Source: a virus (lineage: Duplodnaviria > Caudoviricetes). Taken from it: a DNA stretch of 45,031 nt. This document shows positions 1 through 10,834 of the stretch, piece after piece. The position numbers were made by a program, and so were the translations under genes. The stretch is from positions 1 through 45,031 of IMG/VR virus record IMGVR_UViG_3300033412_000029, one strand, 5' to 3'. The notes under the pieces are model-generated. The model was not told the DNA's origin. It made no database searches and was given only the letters and a program-made list of their open reading frames with translations. Each line of letters opens with the position of its first letter. Positions within the stretch are counted from its first letter, which is position 1.

Positions 1-1
1 G

Positions 2-1147
2 TCGGGCAGTATCCCCGTCCTGTCAGGCGCGGTGATTTTTCCTGCAGGGTTTGAGAGCGGCTCGACGGTGTTGCTCGCCTCAGGCACCGACGGATTCACC
101 GCTGACGGCATGCCATTTTTCAACACCGTCGACAACATCTTTTCGGCATCCTACGTGGGCAAGCACATTGTCACCTGGAAGTCGGGGTCAGTGTCGACGG
201 ACGACAGCATCTACCAGATCACGCAGTGGCTCAATTCATCGTCCGTTCGAGTCAACGTCAACCAAGGCGCGACGCCCTACACGGCGTCCTTGCACCCGTC
301 GTTCACCGCTCGATCGAACATCAACTACCGCGTCATCGACTTCAACGCAGCGGCGAACCTATCAGGCTTCACGACCAATGATGGCCTCGTCCTGCAGTTC
401 AACGGCGCCAGCCTGATCAACACCGGACAGCTCAATTCTCAGTGTCGCCTTCGACACAACACGACGAACATGGGTCTTCGGGTGTCGCCATCGGGATCTT
501 GGTTGCCTATCTCGGGCGCGTTTCTCGATCCTTCGTCGGAGACTAACGTCAACTGGGCCAACAGCGGCACTGGCACTGGCTACATTTCACTGTGGGGCGC
601 GCAGGATTACCTGATTGCTCATTCACGCGGTTCCTGGAACACTGCTGGTTCATGGCTACACGTCGAGATTCCGGCTCGGTTGTATCCTCAACCGCTCGAT
701 CCCAACGTCATCATCTTCGTCAACTACGCCGCCGATCAGGTCGATCAGACGAACTACTACAACATGTCGATGATGAGTCCCATTGATGGTGTGACGCGCA
801 GCTGGGAGATGTACATTCGCAATCCGATTGGCGGTCGCTGGAACATCACTCAATTCTCATCGCCGTATACTCTACGAACGTTCACGAACGGTCGATGGAA
901 CAACATGTTCTTCAACGTCTTCACCAACAAGTTCATCTTCATGGATGGCATTTTGGGCCTAACGAGCGTGACGACGCAGTACAGCCTTGCGCGTGTTCGA
1001 GTACGACGGCTACGATTTACGGTTCCCATCATCCCAACGATGCAACGCATCGGTGACTTGGGAGAATGGCTACACATCCAGGACGGTGTCCTGTGGCCGT
1101 GGGATAATGCGCTGCTGCCCTACAGCTTGTTCTTGGGAGGTCAGTGA
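2..1147 (+). CDS. Putative virion structural protein, 5'-truncated by the window edge
   Basis: The frame of ORF 32..1147 is open back to position 2. The product is rich in Ser/Gly/Thr/Asn/Trp, lies in the structural block, and its C-terminal W-x-H-x-x-D-G-V-x-x-x-W resembles the end of the next gene. Confidence 0.55.
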   Translation, partial: SGSIPVLSGAVIFPAGFESGSTVLLASGTDGFTADGMPFFNTVDNIFSASYVGKHIVTWKSGSVSTDDSIYQITQWLNSSSVRVNVNQGATPYTASLHPSFTARSNINYRVIDFNAAANLSGFTTNDGLVLQFNGASLINTGQLNSQCRLRHNTTNMGLRVSPSGSWLPISGAFLDPSSETNVNWANSGTGTGYISLWGAQDYLIAHSRGSWNTAGSWLHVEIPARLYPQPLDPNVIIFVNYAADQVDQTNYYNMSMMSPIDGVTRSWEMYIRNPIGGRWNITQFSSPYTLRTFTNGRWNNMFFNVFTNKFIFMDGILGLTSVTTQYSLARVRVRRLRFTVPIIPTMQRIGDLGEWLHIQDGVLWPWDNALLPYSLFLGGQ

Positions 1148-2523
1148 TGACGGTTCACGTTGTTAGAGATTTTTTGACCCTGACCAATGCCGTCGCCCCG
1201 ACGGCGAACATGTACTACGTGACGCTGTTCTGCACTGGCGTTTTGGGTTTCACTCGTGTTGGTCAAACCAACATGAACATCAACCCGCAGCAGAAAGACA
1301 CTGTTGCCAACAATCGCGGCGCCAGCATCAACTTGGGCGCGGGCAAGGAGTTCTACGTCAACGTTCCGACGGCATCTTACGTTGTCCCGGCATCATCTGA
1401 CAACGGCAAGATCTTGGTCCTCAAGAGCCGAAACTTCCCGCGCTCCAATTCAGGTCTCTTCCGAGTCCTCAGCGGCAGCGTTGTAGATAACGCATTCATC
1501 ATTGAGTATCGTTCGACAGGCGGTAGCTTTCCGCCCATCGAGTCGGGCAGCTTGTCCGGCAGCCTCGACTGGATGTTGTTCGCGGCGGAGTCAAGCTTTG
1601 CAACGTCAGAGACGTTCGCCGACAATGGTGGATCTGGTAACTCCTACCAGACACAAGGTTCAGCAACGTATCCCAGGACGATCCTGCGCAGCCCGATGGG
1701 CTGGCAGGTCAGAATCTGTGCCGAAAGTGCTGATGATCGGTGGAACATTGGCAGTTGGAACACCGGCAACACATTCTCCGTCGGCATGAGCGGTAACCTG
1801 GCAGGCGACTTCCCGACCGGAGGTCCTCACACCCACGGCGGACAATATTGGAATGACAACGAGCAGAACCGTCGCAATGGCCAGCAGGTGGGAATGGATC
1901 CGTCGTTGGCAGGTTTCTCAAGCTGGCAAACGGGCCAATGGAGGCTCTACATGTGGGGCGACGACCAGACGGGCTCCGTCGTCGCGTTCAACCGCAATGT
2001 CACTATCGGCAGCAACGCAATGTTGTGGTTCGGCATGCCGGAGAACGAACCAACGCCAGTGCCTCCGGACATGGTGCACCGTCTCTTCGTTGTAGGTGAC
2101 TCTAACCAAGGCGATCCAGGTGGCCCGGTGTGGAACATCGGCACCAAGAATGAGTACTCTTTTTCGGGTCAGGCGTTCGGTGTCAGCGGCCAACCCATTT
2201 CGTGCGTCTTTGCGCCCTACGTCATCATCTATGAGAACCAGCTTCCGAAGCAACAGGTCGACTGGGACGATACCATCCTGGCCGCGACCGGCCTGGTACC
2301 CGTAGAGTTGATGGCAGGCACCTGGACGACGCAGTACATCCGTAGCACACCTGCGGGTCAGAACATGATCCTCGAGCCCCGACGCATGGGTACCGCTCCC
2401 ATGGCGCGTTACGGACGCGATAATTTCGGCAACTACACGTTGACGACTGACGTCAACCGTAGTTGGATTCACACGTTCAACGGCGTCTACATGCTGTGGG
2501 GCGGCCCACCGGTGCTTCCGTGA
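1147..2523 (+). CDS. Putative virion structural protein (tail/baseplate-associated)
   Basis: ~458-aa ORF coupled to the previous gene by a TGATG overlap. Gly/Ser/Trp-rich with SGS motifs; appears paralogous to the upstream gene. Confidence 0.55.
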   Translation: MTVHVVRDFLTLTNAVAPTANMYYVTLFCTGVLGFTRVGQTNMNINPQQKDTVANNRGASINLGAGKEFYVNVPTASYVVPASSDNGKILVLKSRNFPRSNSGLFRVLSGSVVDNAFIIEYRSTGGSFPPIESGSLSGSLDWMLFAAESSFATSETFADNGGSGNSYQTQGSATYPRTILRSPMGWQVRICAESADDRWNIGSWNTGNTFSVGMSGNLAGDFPTGGPHTHGGQYWNDNEQNRRNGQQVGMDPSLAGFSSWQTGQWRLYMWGDDQTGSVVAFNRNVTIGSNAMLWFGMPENEPTPVPPDMVHRLFVVGDSNQGDPGGPVWNIGTKNEYSFSGQAFGVSGQPISCVFAPYVIIYENQLPKQQVDWDDTILAATGLVPVELMAGTWTTQYIRSTPAGQNMILEPRRMGTAPMARYGRDNFGNYTLTTDVNRSWIHTFNGVYMLWGGPPVLP

Positions 2524-2529
2524 GGTGCC

Positions 2530-3021
2530 ATGGCGACAGCCTTTGATCTTTCACCTGGAGTCGTCACAATTCCCAATGAAGACTTCCCAACGTCGGGAAG
2601 TTACTCATTCGGCATCGCCAGTTCACAGGACGCCTTCGACTTTTCGGGCTCGTTGAATTTGTTCGTTGACCCCGATGACCAACCTTTCGTCAAGGGCACG
2701 TGGGGAGGCTCTGCGTTGACATACGGTGCCCAGGTTGTCTTTACGAGTGACGTAGAGACGGTTCAAACCGGCAGCTGGTTTGGTTCGGATGCGACGTGGG
2801 GCGTCAACGGTCCTAACTTTGAGAATCACGACAAGACCCACACAGTGAGCGACCTCTATCCCAACGTGAGCGAAGGCGCCAACGTGGGTGAGTACAACCA
2901 CTTCCCGATTCCTGAGGAGCCGCCGGAGCCCGCAGAAAAGATCCGTGACGCGACAAGGTTCCAGAAGGCCTACTCGTTCAGCCGACACCAGCCGGTCCGC
3001 GTCCGCATCTTCAAGCGGTAG
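2530..3021 (+). CDS. Hypothetical protein (structural block)
   Basis: 163-aa ORF with GAGGTG 5' of the ATG; acidic body and basic C-terminus. Confidence 0.6.
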   Translation: MATAFDLSPGVVTIPNEDFPTSGSYSFGIASSQDAFDFSGSLNLFVDPDDQPFVKGTWGGSALTYGAQVVFTSDVETVQTGSWFGSDATWGVNGPNFENHDKTHTVSDLYPNVSEGANVGEYNHFPIPEEPPEPAEKIRDATRFQKAYSFSRHQPVRVRIFKR

Positions 3022-3062
3022 TCGGCCCGGGTCACCCAGGCTGCAGTATATTTGCTGTTGAT

Positions 3063-4064
3063 ATGAGCGGCATCCTCGACAACAAGAGCCGGATCATGGA
3101 CACCATCGTCACCTTGGCGGGGCGTCAACAGATCGCAGACGGAAAGCTGAAGGTCGAGCATGTGTCGTTCACCGACGCGGCAACCTTCTACCAGGCCGAC
3201 GTCGTGTCAGGTTCATCCGACGCAACGCAGAGGATCTACTTCGAATCATGTCACCTTCCTCAAGATCAGATCACGTTCGAAGCTGATGACTCGGGCCGCC
3301 TGAAGCCGTTCCGCAACGGCGACGGCATTCAGGTCAAGGACGGTCAGATCCTGGAGTACTCCTTCAACGCGCTGACGTCTTCCGTCGTCACTGGCTCGAA
3401 TGAGGGCGTTCGCTTCCTGAGCGGCGACGAGTTTGCGTCGACGGCCGAATCGCTGTTGGCTTCCTCGATCGATAACTTCAACAAGCTCCGCACGATTGCA
3501 ACGAAGGACAAGGTCTTTGAAGACGACGGTTTCGGAGTGGGTCAGAAGGATATCGAGTTCACGCTGACCAACGACCGACCCATTGCCAATCCGACCCTTC
3601 ACACGGCCCACATCAATCATCTGGAGAGCCTGTTCAATGACGTCCGTCTGAGCCACATCCAGAACTTCAAGTACCTGCCTCCGATCAACAAGGTCGACGA
3701 CCTGTCGCTCGACAAGCAGGATCATCGGGCGACCTGGCAACACCACCTCGGCAACTATCGGCCGTGGGGACGTTCGCACATCTACGCCTTGTCGCCGGCT
3801 CAGATTGAACACGAGCTGCAGCACTACGCCAACATGCACTTCGTCAAGGTGGTGAACTTTGACCCAACGTCACGGGAGAACAGGCTGTTGGGCCAGTTCT
3901 TTGAGGTCCACCACAACGTGATGAAGAAGCTCGACGTCATTGAGTATGGGTCGTACTCCATCGCTAAGGGTCACCGTAAGCACATCTTCTTCGTGGGCAA
4001 GGTGCTGACGGACGAGAACGAGACACACACGTTCGTTCACCTCTTCACGTTGGTCTTTGGGTGA
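3063..4064 (+). CDS. Putative baseplate/tail structural protein
   Basis: 333 aa. The N-terminus (GILDNKSRIMDTIVTLAGRQQIA...VSFTD) aligns by eye with that of 13272..13988 and resembles the start of phage tail-collar-fibre-type domains. Confidence 0.5.
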   Translation: MSGILDNKSRIMDTIVTLAGRQQIADGKLKVEHVSFTDAATFYQADVVSGSSDATQRIYFESCHLPQDQITFEADDSGRLKPFRNGDGIQVKDGQILEYSFNALTSSVVTGSNEGVRFLSGDEFASTAESLLASSIDNFNKLRTIATKDKVFEDDGFGVGQKDIEFTLTNDRPIANPTLHTAHINHLESLFNDVRLSHIQNFKYLPPINKVDDLSLDKQDHRATWQHHLGNYRPWGRSHIYALSPAQIEHELQHYANMHFVKVVNFDPTSRENRLLGQFFEVHHNVMKKLDVIEYGSYSIAKGHRKHIFFVGKVLTDENETHTFVHLFTLVFG

Positions 4065-4070
4065 TCTGGA

Positions 4071-6569
4071 ATGTTCTTCAAATTTGAACGCAGGTACAAC
4101 CTTCTCACTGTCGAGGACAACTTCGCTCACCTGAAGTCGATCGAGTCCAACGGTGACCTCACGTTTGAGTTCAGCTATCGCGTCTCTCAAAAGGACGTCG
4201 TCCAACGTGACGCGATGACCTGCCGCGTCACTGTCATCTCTCGTCACATCACTCGTATTCCCATCCTGGCCACGTCGCACACTGGCAAGATCGACACCAA
4301 GCGGTTGATCCATAACGTGCTGACGTTGATGCCACAGGCCAAGGCGGCCGTCAAGCAGCAGCAAGAATTTGTCATCGCCCACAAGATGAGTGACATCTCA
4401 GCCCGCATCAACAATGAGGTTGTGGGTCAGCTACGGTCACCGCTGCCCACGAACAGGATCCAGCAGTTGATCAAGCCGGTGCTGAAAATGGTGCCCGCAG
4501 GTTCACTGAAGCAGGACAACGTCACCAAGCCTGTCCTCAACATGACGGCCCACGCCACACTCCAGGACCTGACGACGGTGGTGTCAGCTTCACACGCAGC
4601 AGTTCCTCAGTACCTGATGCACGACATGATCGTTCGTCAAGGTATCGATCCGACGCACATCTTCAATTTGACTCACCGGACGATTCCGGCCAAGAGCGTG
4701 GTGGGCGGACTCTTGCGTCCGAGCCGCGCTTTTGAAGTGGAGCACTCGCCCGCGGTCCGCTTGCTGAACAGCCACATCTTTCACCCCGAGACGCCGCAGC
4801 AGCCTCCCACCACCGAGCAAGTCGAAGACAGCGCGCTGGTGCAGGTGTTGACTCACGAGACCGTCGACCACGTTCACGTGCCGGTCGAGGTCATCGTACC
4901 CCGAAACCGTCGCTCCCTTGACGGCAAAGACAACAGTCACTTTTTCGTCAAGTTCGAGCTGCTCAACGGTCGCACGGGTCTGGCCATCGACACGATCCTC
5001 AAACCGCTTGACATCTCCAGACACATCCAACTGTTCTACACGCCGCGTCGTCCGCCGCGGGTGCAGGTCGCCAAGTCAGAACTGTCGGGCCGCGTCAACC
5101 TCGAGATCAAGCAGATCGACCCGGGCGCAACGGCCGTCCAAGTCTTCAAGAAGACGTTCTACCGAGCCGTCACTGACGTTGACGACTATTCGTTGATCGG
5201 CACTTACAACCTGCGCAGTGACCAACAGTCTCTGTTGGTTCAGATCGACAAGCCGCAGCACTCACCCGCCATCTACCGCGTGGTGCCCGTGGGTTCACAG
5301 GGCAACCTGGGGTTTGAGTTCACCAACATTGTCGTTCGACCCAATCGGTACACGCCGATCAAGGCGCTGTCGTTGACCGCCCAGTCGATCGACGTCGGTG
5401 TTCGAGTCGAGGCTCGCAGCATTCCGCAACACGTCGTGGCCATCGAGTTCTTGGCCCGCAACAAGACAACGTTTGAGAGCGACTATCGTAACGTTGGTGA
5501 AGACGTTCTGTTGGTCGATGACACCGCCCGCGCCGCCGACCACCTTGTCGTTGTAGACAGGGCGGTGACGCTCAACAACATCTTCGAGTATGCCGCTAGG
5601 TTGATCTATCGAGACGGTCACTCGGAACAAGCCGGCAGTGCGATCGTCGAGTTCATTCAGCAGACGCCAGGCAAGGTTGACACTCGAGTTGAAAACGTGC
5701 AAGTCAATCACTCATCGATCGACGCCAACGCCGACGGTCAGGTCGACACCAACGTCACCTTCAACATGTCGACCGAGGTCATCGACAACAGCCACGACGT
5801 CATCAAGGCGTTGCTGCAGCGACAGGACATCTATGACCTCTTCAAGGATGATGTCCAGCGTGAGCGTGAGTTCTTGAAGAGCCTCATCGCCCACAACGTG
5901 CAGCGGGTCGACCTGACGACAGGCCGCCGCGAGGACTTCGGCGTGTTGACTGGCGACTTCTTCGATGACAACGCCCGCCGCAAGAACCTCGCCATCCAAC
6001 CCCTGCAGCTCGGTCACCGGTACCGTTATGAGGTCACCGCCCTCCTACGTGCCCCCGAGACAATGTTTGAAACGCTGTCCAAGGAGAAGGTGGACTCCGT
6101 CACGAAGAAAGTTTTTGCCTTCAATCCGGCCAAGTTCATGCACCCGATTGCCTTGTCACGAGGCGTCCTGGTGACTAGTGCAGGCCTGCGAACTCGCTAT
6201 GCCAAGGAAGCAATGTCACACGGCGCCATTGGCTCGACCAAGTCGGTTGAGGTGTCGTTCGATGAGGACCTGTGCAGGATCTTGGATCCCGCGGCCTCGC
6301 GGTTTGACCGACACCTCAACGTCCTCACCTGGAAGATTCAGGGGTCTATCGATTCCGTCGATCACTTCCTCATCATGAAGGAGGTCAACGGTCACCGCAC
6401 CTTGATTGGCAAGGCACACTCGGAGTTCCCACACAACAGCTGCCAGTACCTCCACCCTATTTCTCACCGCGACCACGGTCACGTGGTCTACGTCATCACC
6501 CCGATCTACAATTCTTACAAGACTGGGGCATCGGCGAAGACCAACGCGGTACTTTTGGATGACGTCTGA
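4071..6569 (+). CDS. Large putative structural protein (beta-sandwich/FN3-like segments)
   Basis: 832 aa with repeated Y-x-Y-x-V/I strand motifs (YRVVPV, FEYAARL, YRYEV, YVITP) typical of FN3-like folds; one DANADG motif. Confidence 0.45.
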   Translation: MFFKFERRYNLLTVEDNFAHLKSIESNGDLTFEFSYRVSQKDVVQRDAMTCRVTVISRHITRIPILATSHTGKIDTKRLIHNVLTLMPQAKAAVKQQQEFVIAHKMSDISARINNEVVGQLRSPLPTNRIQQLIKPVLKMVPAGSLKQDNVTKPVLNMTAHATLQDLTTVVSASHAAVPQYLMHDMIVRQGIDPTHIFNLTHRTIPAKSVVGGLLRPSRAFEVEHSPAVRLLNSHIFHPETPQQPPTTEQVEDSALVQVLTHETVDHVHVPVEVIVPRNRRSLDGKDNSHFFVKFELLNGRTGLAIDTILKPLDISRHIQLFYTPRRPPRVQVAKSELSGRVNLEIKQIDPGATAVQVFKKTFYRAVTDVDDYSLIGTYNLRSDQQSLLVQIDKPQHSPAIYRVVPVGSQGNLGFEFTNIVVRPNRYTPIKALSLTAQSIDVGVRVEARSIPQHVVAIEFLARNKTTFESDYRNVGEDVLLVDDTARAADHLVVVDRAVTLNNIFEYAARLIYRDGHSEQAGSAIVEFIQQTPGKVDTRVENVQVNHSSIDANADGQVDTNVTFNMSTEVIDNSHDVIKALLQRQDIYDLFKDDVQREREFLKSLIAHNVQRVDLTTGRREDFGVLTGDFFDDNARRKNLAIQPLQLGHRYRYEVTALLRAPETMFETLSKEKVDSVTKKVFAFNPAKFMHPIALSRGVLVTSAGLRTRYAKEAMSHGAIGSTKSVEVSFDEDLCRILDPAASRFDRHLNVLTWKIQGSIDSVDHFLIMKEVNGHRTLIGKAHSEFPHNSCQYLHPISHRDHGHVVYVITPIYNSYKTGASAKTNAVLLDDV

Positions 6570-9500
6570 TGATCAGAACACTCAGAGCCTCAAATAGTTC
6601 TTTCATCAAGCTGGGTGCCCTGCAGGTACAGCCGGTCACGACCACCTTGTCACAGGCGGCGAAGCAGCTGTCGACCAAGATTGCGGCCGTGACAGCTCCT
6701 GCCCCCGTCCCAGCCTATCAGGCGCCGCTGCCGATCAGGACGCTGATTGCACAGCCCATTCGCGCGCTCGCACAGTCAGTGCCCATCCACGTCAACCTGC
6801 CCCTGAAGCAGCTTGACCCAGGGCTTCACAAGTTGGTTGCGCCTTCGTTGCACACCATCGCTACGCACCTGACGACGAACCCACACTTCGTCCTGCCGGC
6901 GTTCCACACCCAATTCAACGTCATCCTCCCTCCGTACAAGCTGCACCTTGAGCCGACTCACGCTCGGGACAGTCACCACACCGATGAGCTGGTGGTGTCT
7001 CCCAAGAAGTTCGAGCCCTATGAGCAGCTGACAGGCATCTCACACGAGCGGCCCGAGGTGGTGATGATGACCCAATTTTTGCCGCTGTTCGTGAAGGACG
7101 TGAGCCACTCCCAACCTCACTTCATCCACCTCGTGGAGAACAGCGGCATCTACCCTTACATGACGGACGCGGGTCGGTTCATCGATACCCACCTGCAGGC
7201 GCGCCAACTGCGCCACGTCAACATGGTCCAGATGACCCGGGCACTGCGTAGTCGTTACTACCACATGTCCAAGATGTTCCAGGACAAACACCGGACCTTC
7301 ACTAAGGCGATCAGCGATCTACACGAGACGTCATCGTTCTTGCTGCAGCTTGTCAAAGGTCTTGATCGGTTGAAGGCACAGCTCGACCTGAAAGATGACC
7401 TGCACATCATTGACCTGAGGAACGTCATCCACGGTTACATCTACAACTACACGGCGTACCGGAACGCCGGCATGTTCAACTCGCTCTACGACTACGGTCG
7501 ACTGTACCTGCCGCCGGCGTATTCTGTCCAGGATTCGCTGGTGGCTTTGGGCTTCACGTCCAACAACGTTCGTCACAACTTTTCATCGACCAAGGTCTGG
7601 CTGCAGCTGCTCCTGGAGATGAAGGACATCCTGCGTTGGCAGTCGATGGCTTTCTTGGATCAGGACCCGGTGCAGCAGCGCAACGATAACAACGCCGCCA
7701 CGCTCCTCAAGAAGAACACCAAGCACTTCACGCTGCGGGAGTCTCTGCCTGACCTGCCCAACGTGTCGGAGCTCAGCAAGATTGTGCCCACTCAGGTGCC
7801 GGCCGCCGTCAGCACTCTTGATGCTGCATTCCGCAGCCTGTACGAAGACGTCCACTTCAAGACCGACGAGGCTCGTATTGCTGCCTTGTTCAACTTGGTG
7901 TCGAAGGAGTTCCGCTATTCCATCGGTCTCTTCAACAAGAACGTGCAGGCAACGTTGAGGAACCACTACGGTTACCGCCAGCAGGACACCGCTAACGTGG
8001 GCTTGTGGGACAGTGTCATCGGAGAGTTCGGCAACAACATCAGTGATGTGCCCGCCGTCGAGGATGCCTCGTTGACTCAGCTGGCACAGAAGCAGGTCGG
8101 TAACGTCGCCGTTCTGACGTTTGAGTCGAAGTACGTGGTCGGCGACACGGGTACGTTGACACCCGGCGGTGATTACTACGTCAATCAGGTTCTGAAAACA
8201 GACGGCACGACCTTCGACGTCTCAAGGCTGCAGACTTTGAAGGACCGCCTCGAAAAGTCACACCAGCAGTTCGCTGTCCTCGTCAACGGTCTCAACATGT
8301 TGAGCCAGCGGACGTACGATCCGAACGACAAGACGATCACCAGCTACAACCAGCTGTTGGCGAATCCGATCGACTTGCTCAATCGCGTGGCGCAACAGTT
8401 GGTCGATCGTCACTCAGGCAATACGCTGCAGGCGGCGTTGACTGACAACCTGGGTGCTGTTTTTACCGAAGCCAACAAGAACAGCGTCATCAAATCGATT
8501 CTTTTCGCTTTCACGTTGACTCGTCTGTCACGTTCCTATCTGAAGACGGTTCCATTCTTCCACGCCCCTCTGTCGAACGACAACACGCCAACGACTGACG
8601 CTTTGATCGAGCGTTTGCTGGTGGAGTTGAGGAAGTCCTCGCCACAGACGTCGGCGGCCTTGCAGTTGTTGCGTTACGCTCCGAAGCAGAGCTCAGTGCT
8701 CAGCATCTTCGGCACCGGCAACAGCGTCGCCGCGACGGGCAGTTCCATCACCATTACGCAGGACACCATCCGGTCGTCGATGAAAGGTGGCACCGCCTTG
8801 ACGCGGTTCGTCGAGCAGACGATGGGCCAGGTTTTGGCCGCCTTCCGCTACAACAGCGAAGCGTTGTCGGGCGACCACACGCGCTATGGCGGCTACATTG
8901 ACACCCTGGTGTTGATGGTTGCGTTCGATGCGATCGTCGCCATGATTGCCAAGTACAACAATCAGCACATTATCGCGGCCCACACCGGCATCACCCGTTA
9001 CAACCAAGGCATCACGTCGTTCACCGTGTCCAGGACGCGGGTCAACCAGCGCAATTCGTTGAATGACCTGACGGTCCGCGTTGACCGTGAAGTGACGTTG
9101 ACCCAGCGGTTGGTGTACACCGTCTTCAACACGCTGTCCAAGTTGACCGGAGCCATCACTGGTTACATCAACTACCTGAAGAGCCCGCCGGCGATCACCG
9201 CCTTGCGGCGCATTACCAAGATCGTTGCGCCACCAAATCCGGGTGTTGATTCTGACGGCGACGGCATTCCCGACGGCCTCGAAACGCTGCACATGTTGAT
9301 GACAGAGCAGCAGATCTCGATGTTGGCAACTACGGTCGAAGATCTGAGGACCGCGCTCAATGAGTCAGGCGCAATCTACGGTACCGGAGACGAAGATGGC
9401 GACGGTGACTTTGACATCGATGATGAGATCAAGGACCTCGACCATGCATTGGTGACTCCCAAGCTGCGCAATGCGTTGTACGGTCTCCTGGGTCACGAAC

Positions 9501-10834
9501 AGTATGCCTCTCGGAAGGGTTACAACAAGAAGATCTTGACGGTCGGCATCCCGCAGGGCTTCACCTCCAGGCTTCACCAGCAGGTCAACATCTCGCACTT
9601 GAAGAAGACGTCGTTCGTCAACAAGCAGAACGACATCGTCTCGGTGGTGGTCTACAAGGTCGACCTAGAGAATCACGACATCATCTACAAGCCCAAGCGC
9701 TTCCTGTTTGAGATGTCGCGCTTTCCCGTCCGCGATCAACAGCGCCTGTTGTCATTGCCGGAGCGCCCGACGATCAACGACATCATCAACTCCATTCCGA
9801 CGCGCGACTTTGGTGGCAGTGTCACTTCAGGCTACGATCCGGTCTACGGTAACCTCGGCGGCAAGCAGGTGACGAAGGGTTCCAAGTCTGCGTTCTCGGA
9901 TGAGTCATACTCCTTCCTGACGCAGCCACAACAGCACGAACTGTTGGAGAATCACATCACCAGCTACCTGCTTGAGGTCTACCTGAAGTTGTTGACCGGC
10001 CTCAGCGTCGCCGATTACCACTTCGACATGGTCGAACCTCCTCACCACGTTGACCTTGACTTCGTCAATGAGCTGATGAATCACCGGGCACACCACGTAG
10101 TGACGACGGTCGGCGCCAACACAGTGTCGCCTTCGCACACCCACCCGCCTACGGGAGGTGTTCTGTTTTCTCACACGTCACCGCAACGCACTGGCTTCGT
10201 GAAGGGCGCGAGCACCCAATCAGGTCAGCAGCCTCACCTATCAAACCCCTCAGGAACGCCAGGTCAGGTCTCTCACGCAGCCCAGGCTCAATCCGCACTG
10301 CCGCTTGCGTCACACACCACGCCGATTGAACAGCAGCGTGTGACTACCAACATTGCCACGACCCTGGCTGATGTGTCCCACCGTCACGTGCCGCTGTTGT
10401 TGCACGACATGCAGACGGTTCACCACTTGGCTCAAGCAGTGACGCCACAGAGCGATCCTCTGGCGGTGTCGAAGCGCTTGCTGCAGCCTAAGCAGTTCGA
10501 CCGCGTGTTCAACGTCATCGTTGATCCGGATGAGTTCGAGATTGACTACGACAAGACGTCACGTACGATCCACGGTCGTCAAGCGTTGGATCAGATGATC
10601 CAAAAGGGTGACATCATTCCCGAAAATGAGAATCACTTCTTTGCAGCGTCGGCCAAGCGAGCCGCTCACCTCGACCTGCAGGCTCACGCCCCCATGGGTC
10701 GACCCTTCGCTCAGTCACGGGCCGCGGTCAACAGCCCGCTGTTTCGATTCCGGGACCGCGACAAGAATGAAGGCGACCTCACGTTCGAGAAGTACTTTGT
10801 GGTGGTAGAGACGTTTGGGGAAGACGAAGTATGA
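6569..10834 (+). CDS. Very large putative virion protein
   Basis: 1421-aa ORF with TGATG coupling; His-rich termini and two Dx[DN]xDG-type motifs (DSDGDG, DEDGDG). Confidence 0.5.
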   Translation: MIRTLRASNSSFIKLGALQVQPVTTTLSQAAKQLSTKIAAVTAPAPVPAYQAPLPIRTLIAQPIRALAQSVPIHVNLPLKQLDPGLHKLVAPSLHTIATHLTTNPHFVLPAFHTQFNVILPPYKLHLEPTHARDSHHTDELVVSPKKFEPYEQLTGISHERPEVVMMTQFLPLFVKDVSHSQPHFIHLVENSGIYPYMTDAGRFIDTHLQARQLRHVNMVQMTRALRSRYYHMSKMFQDKHRTFTKAISDLHETSSFLLQLVKGLDRLKAQLDLKDDLHIIDLRNVIHGYIYNYTAYRNAGMFNSLYDYGRLYLPPAYSVQDSLVALGFTSNNVRHNFSSTKVWLQLLLEMKDILRWQSMAFLDQDPVQQRNDNNAATLLKKNTKHFTLRESLPDLPNVSELSKIVPTQVPAAVSTLDAAFRSLYEDVHFKTDEARIAALFNLVSKEFRYSIGLFNKNVQATLRNHYGYRQQDTANVGLWDSVIGEFGNNISDVPAVEDASLTQLAQKQVGNVAVLTFESKYVVGDTGTLTPGGDYYVNQVLKTDGTTFDVSRLQTLKDRLEKSHQQFAVLVNGLNMLSQRTYDPNDKTITSYNQLLANPIDLLNRVAQQLVDRHSGNTLQAALTDNLGAVFTEANKNSVIKSILFAFTLTRLSRSYLKTVPFFHAPLSNDNTPTTDALIERLLVELRKSSPQTSAALQLLRYAPKQSSVLSIFGTGNSVAATGSSITITQDTIRSSMKGGTALTRFVEQTMGQVLAAFRYNSEALSGDHTRYGGYIDTLVLMVAFDAIVAMIAKYNNQHIIAAHTGITRYNQGITSFTVSRTRVNQRNSLNDLTVRVDREVTLTQRLVYTVFNTLSKLTGAITGYINYLKSPPAITALRRITKIVAPPNPGVDSDGDGIPDGLETLHMLMTEQQISMLATTVEDLRTALNESGAIYGTGDEDGDGDFDIDDEIKDLDHALVTPKLRNALYGLLGHEQYASRKGYNKKILTVGIPQGFTSRLHQQVNISHLKKTSFVNKQNDIVSVVVYKVDLENHDIIYKPKRFLFEMSRFPVRDQQRLLSLPERPTINDIINSIPTRDFGGSVTSGYDPVYGNLGGKQVTKGSKSAFSDESYSFLTQPQQHELLENHITSYLLEVYLKLLTGLSVADYHFDMVEPPHHVDLDFVNELMNHRAHHVVTTVGANTVSPSHTHPPTGGVLFSHTSPQRTGFVKGASTQSGQQPHLSNPSGTPGQVSHAAQAQSALPLASHTTPIEQQRVTTNIATTLADVSHRHVPLLLHDMQTVHHLAQAVTPQSDPLAVSKRLLQPKQFDRVFNVIVDPDEFEIDYDKTSRTIHGRQALDQMIQKGDIIPENENHFFAASAKRAAHLDLQAHAPMGRPFAQSRAAVNSPLFRFRDRDKNEGDLTFEKYFVVVETFGEDEV

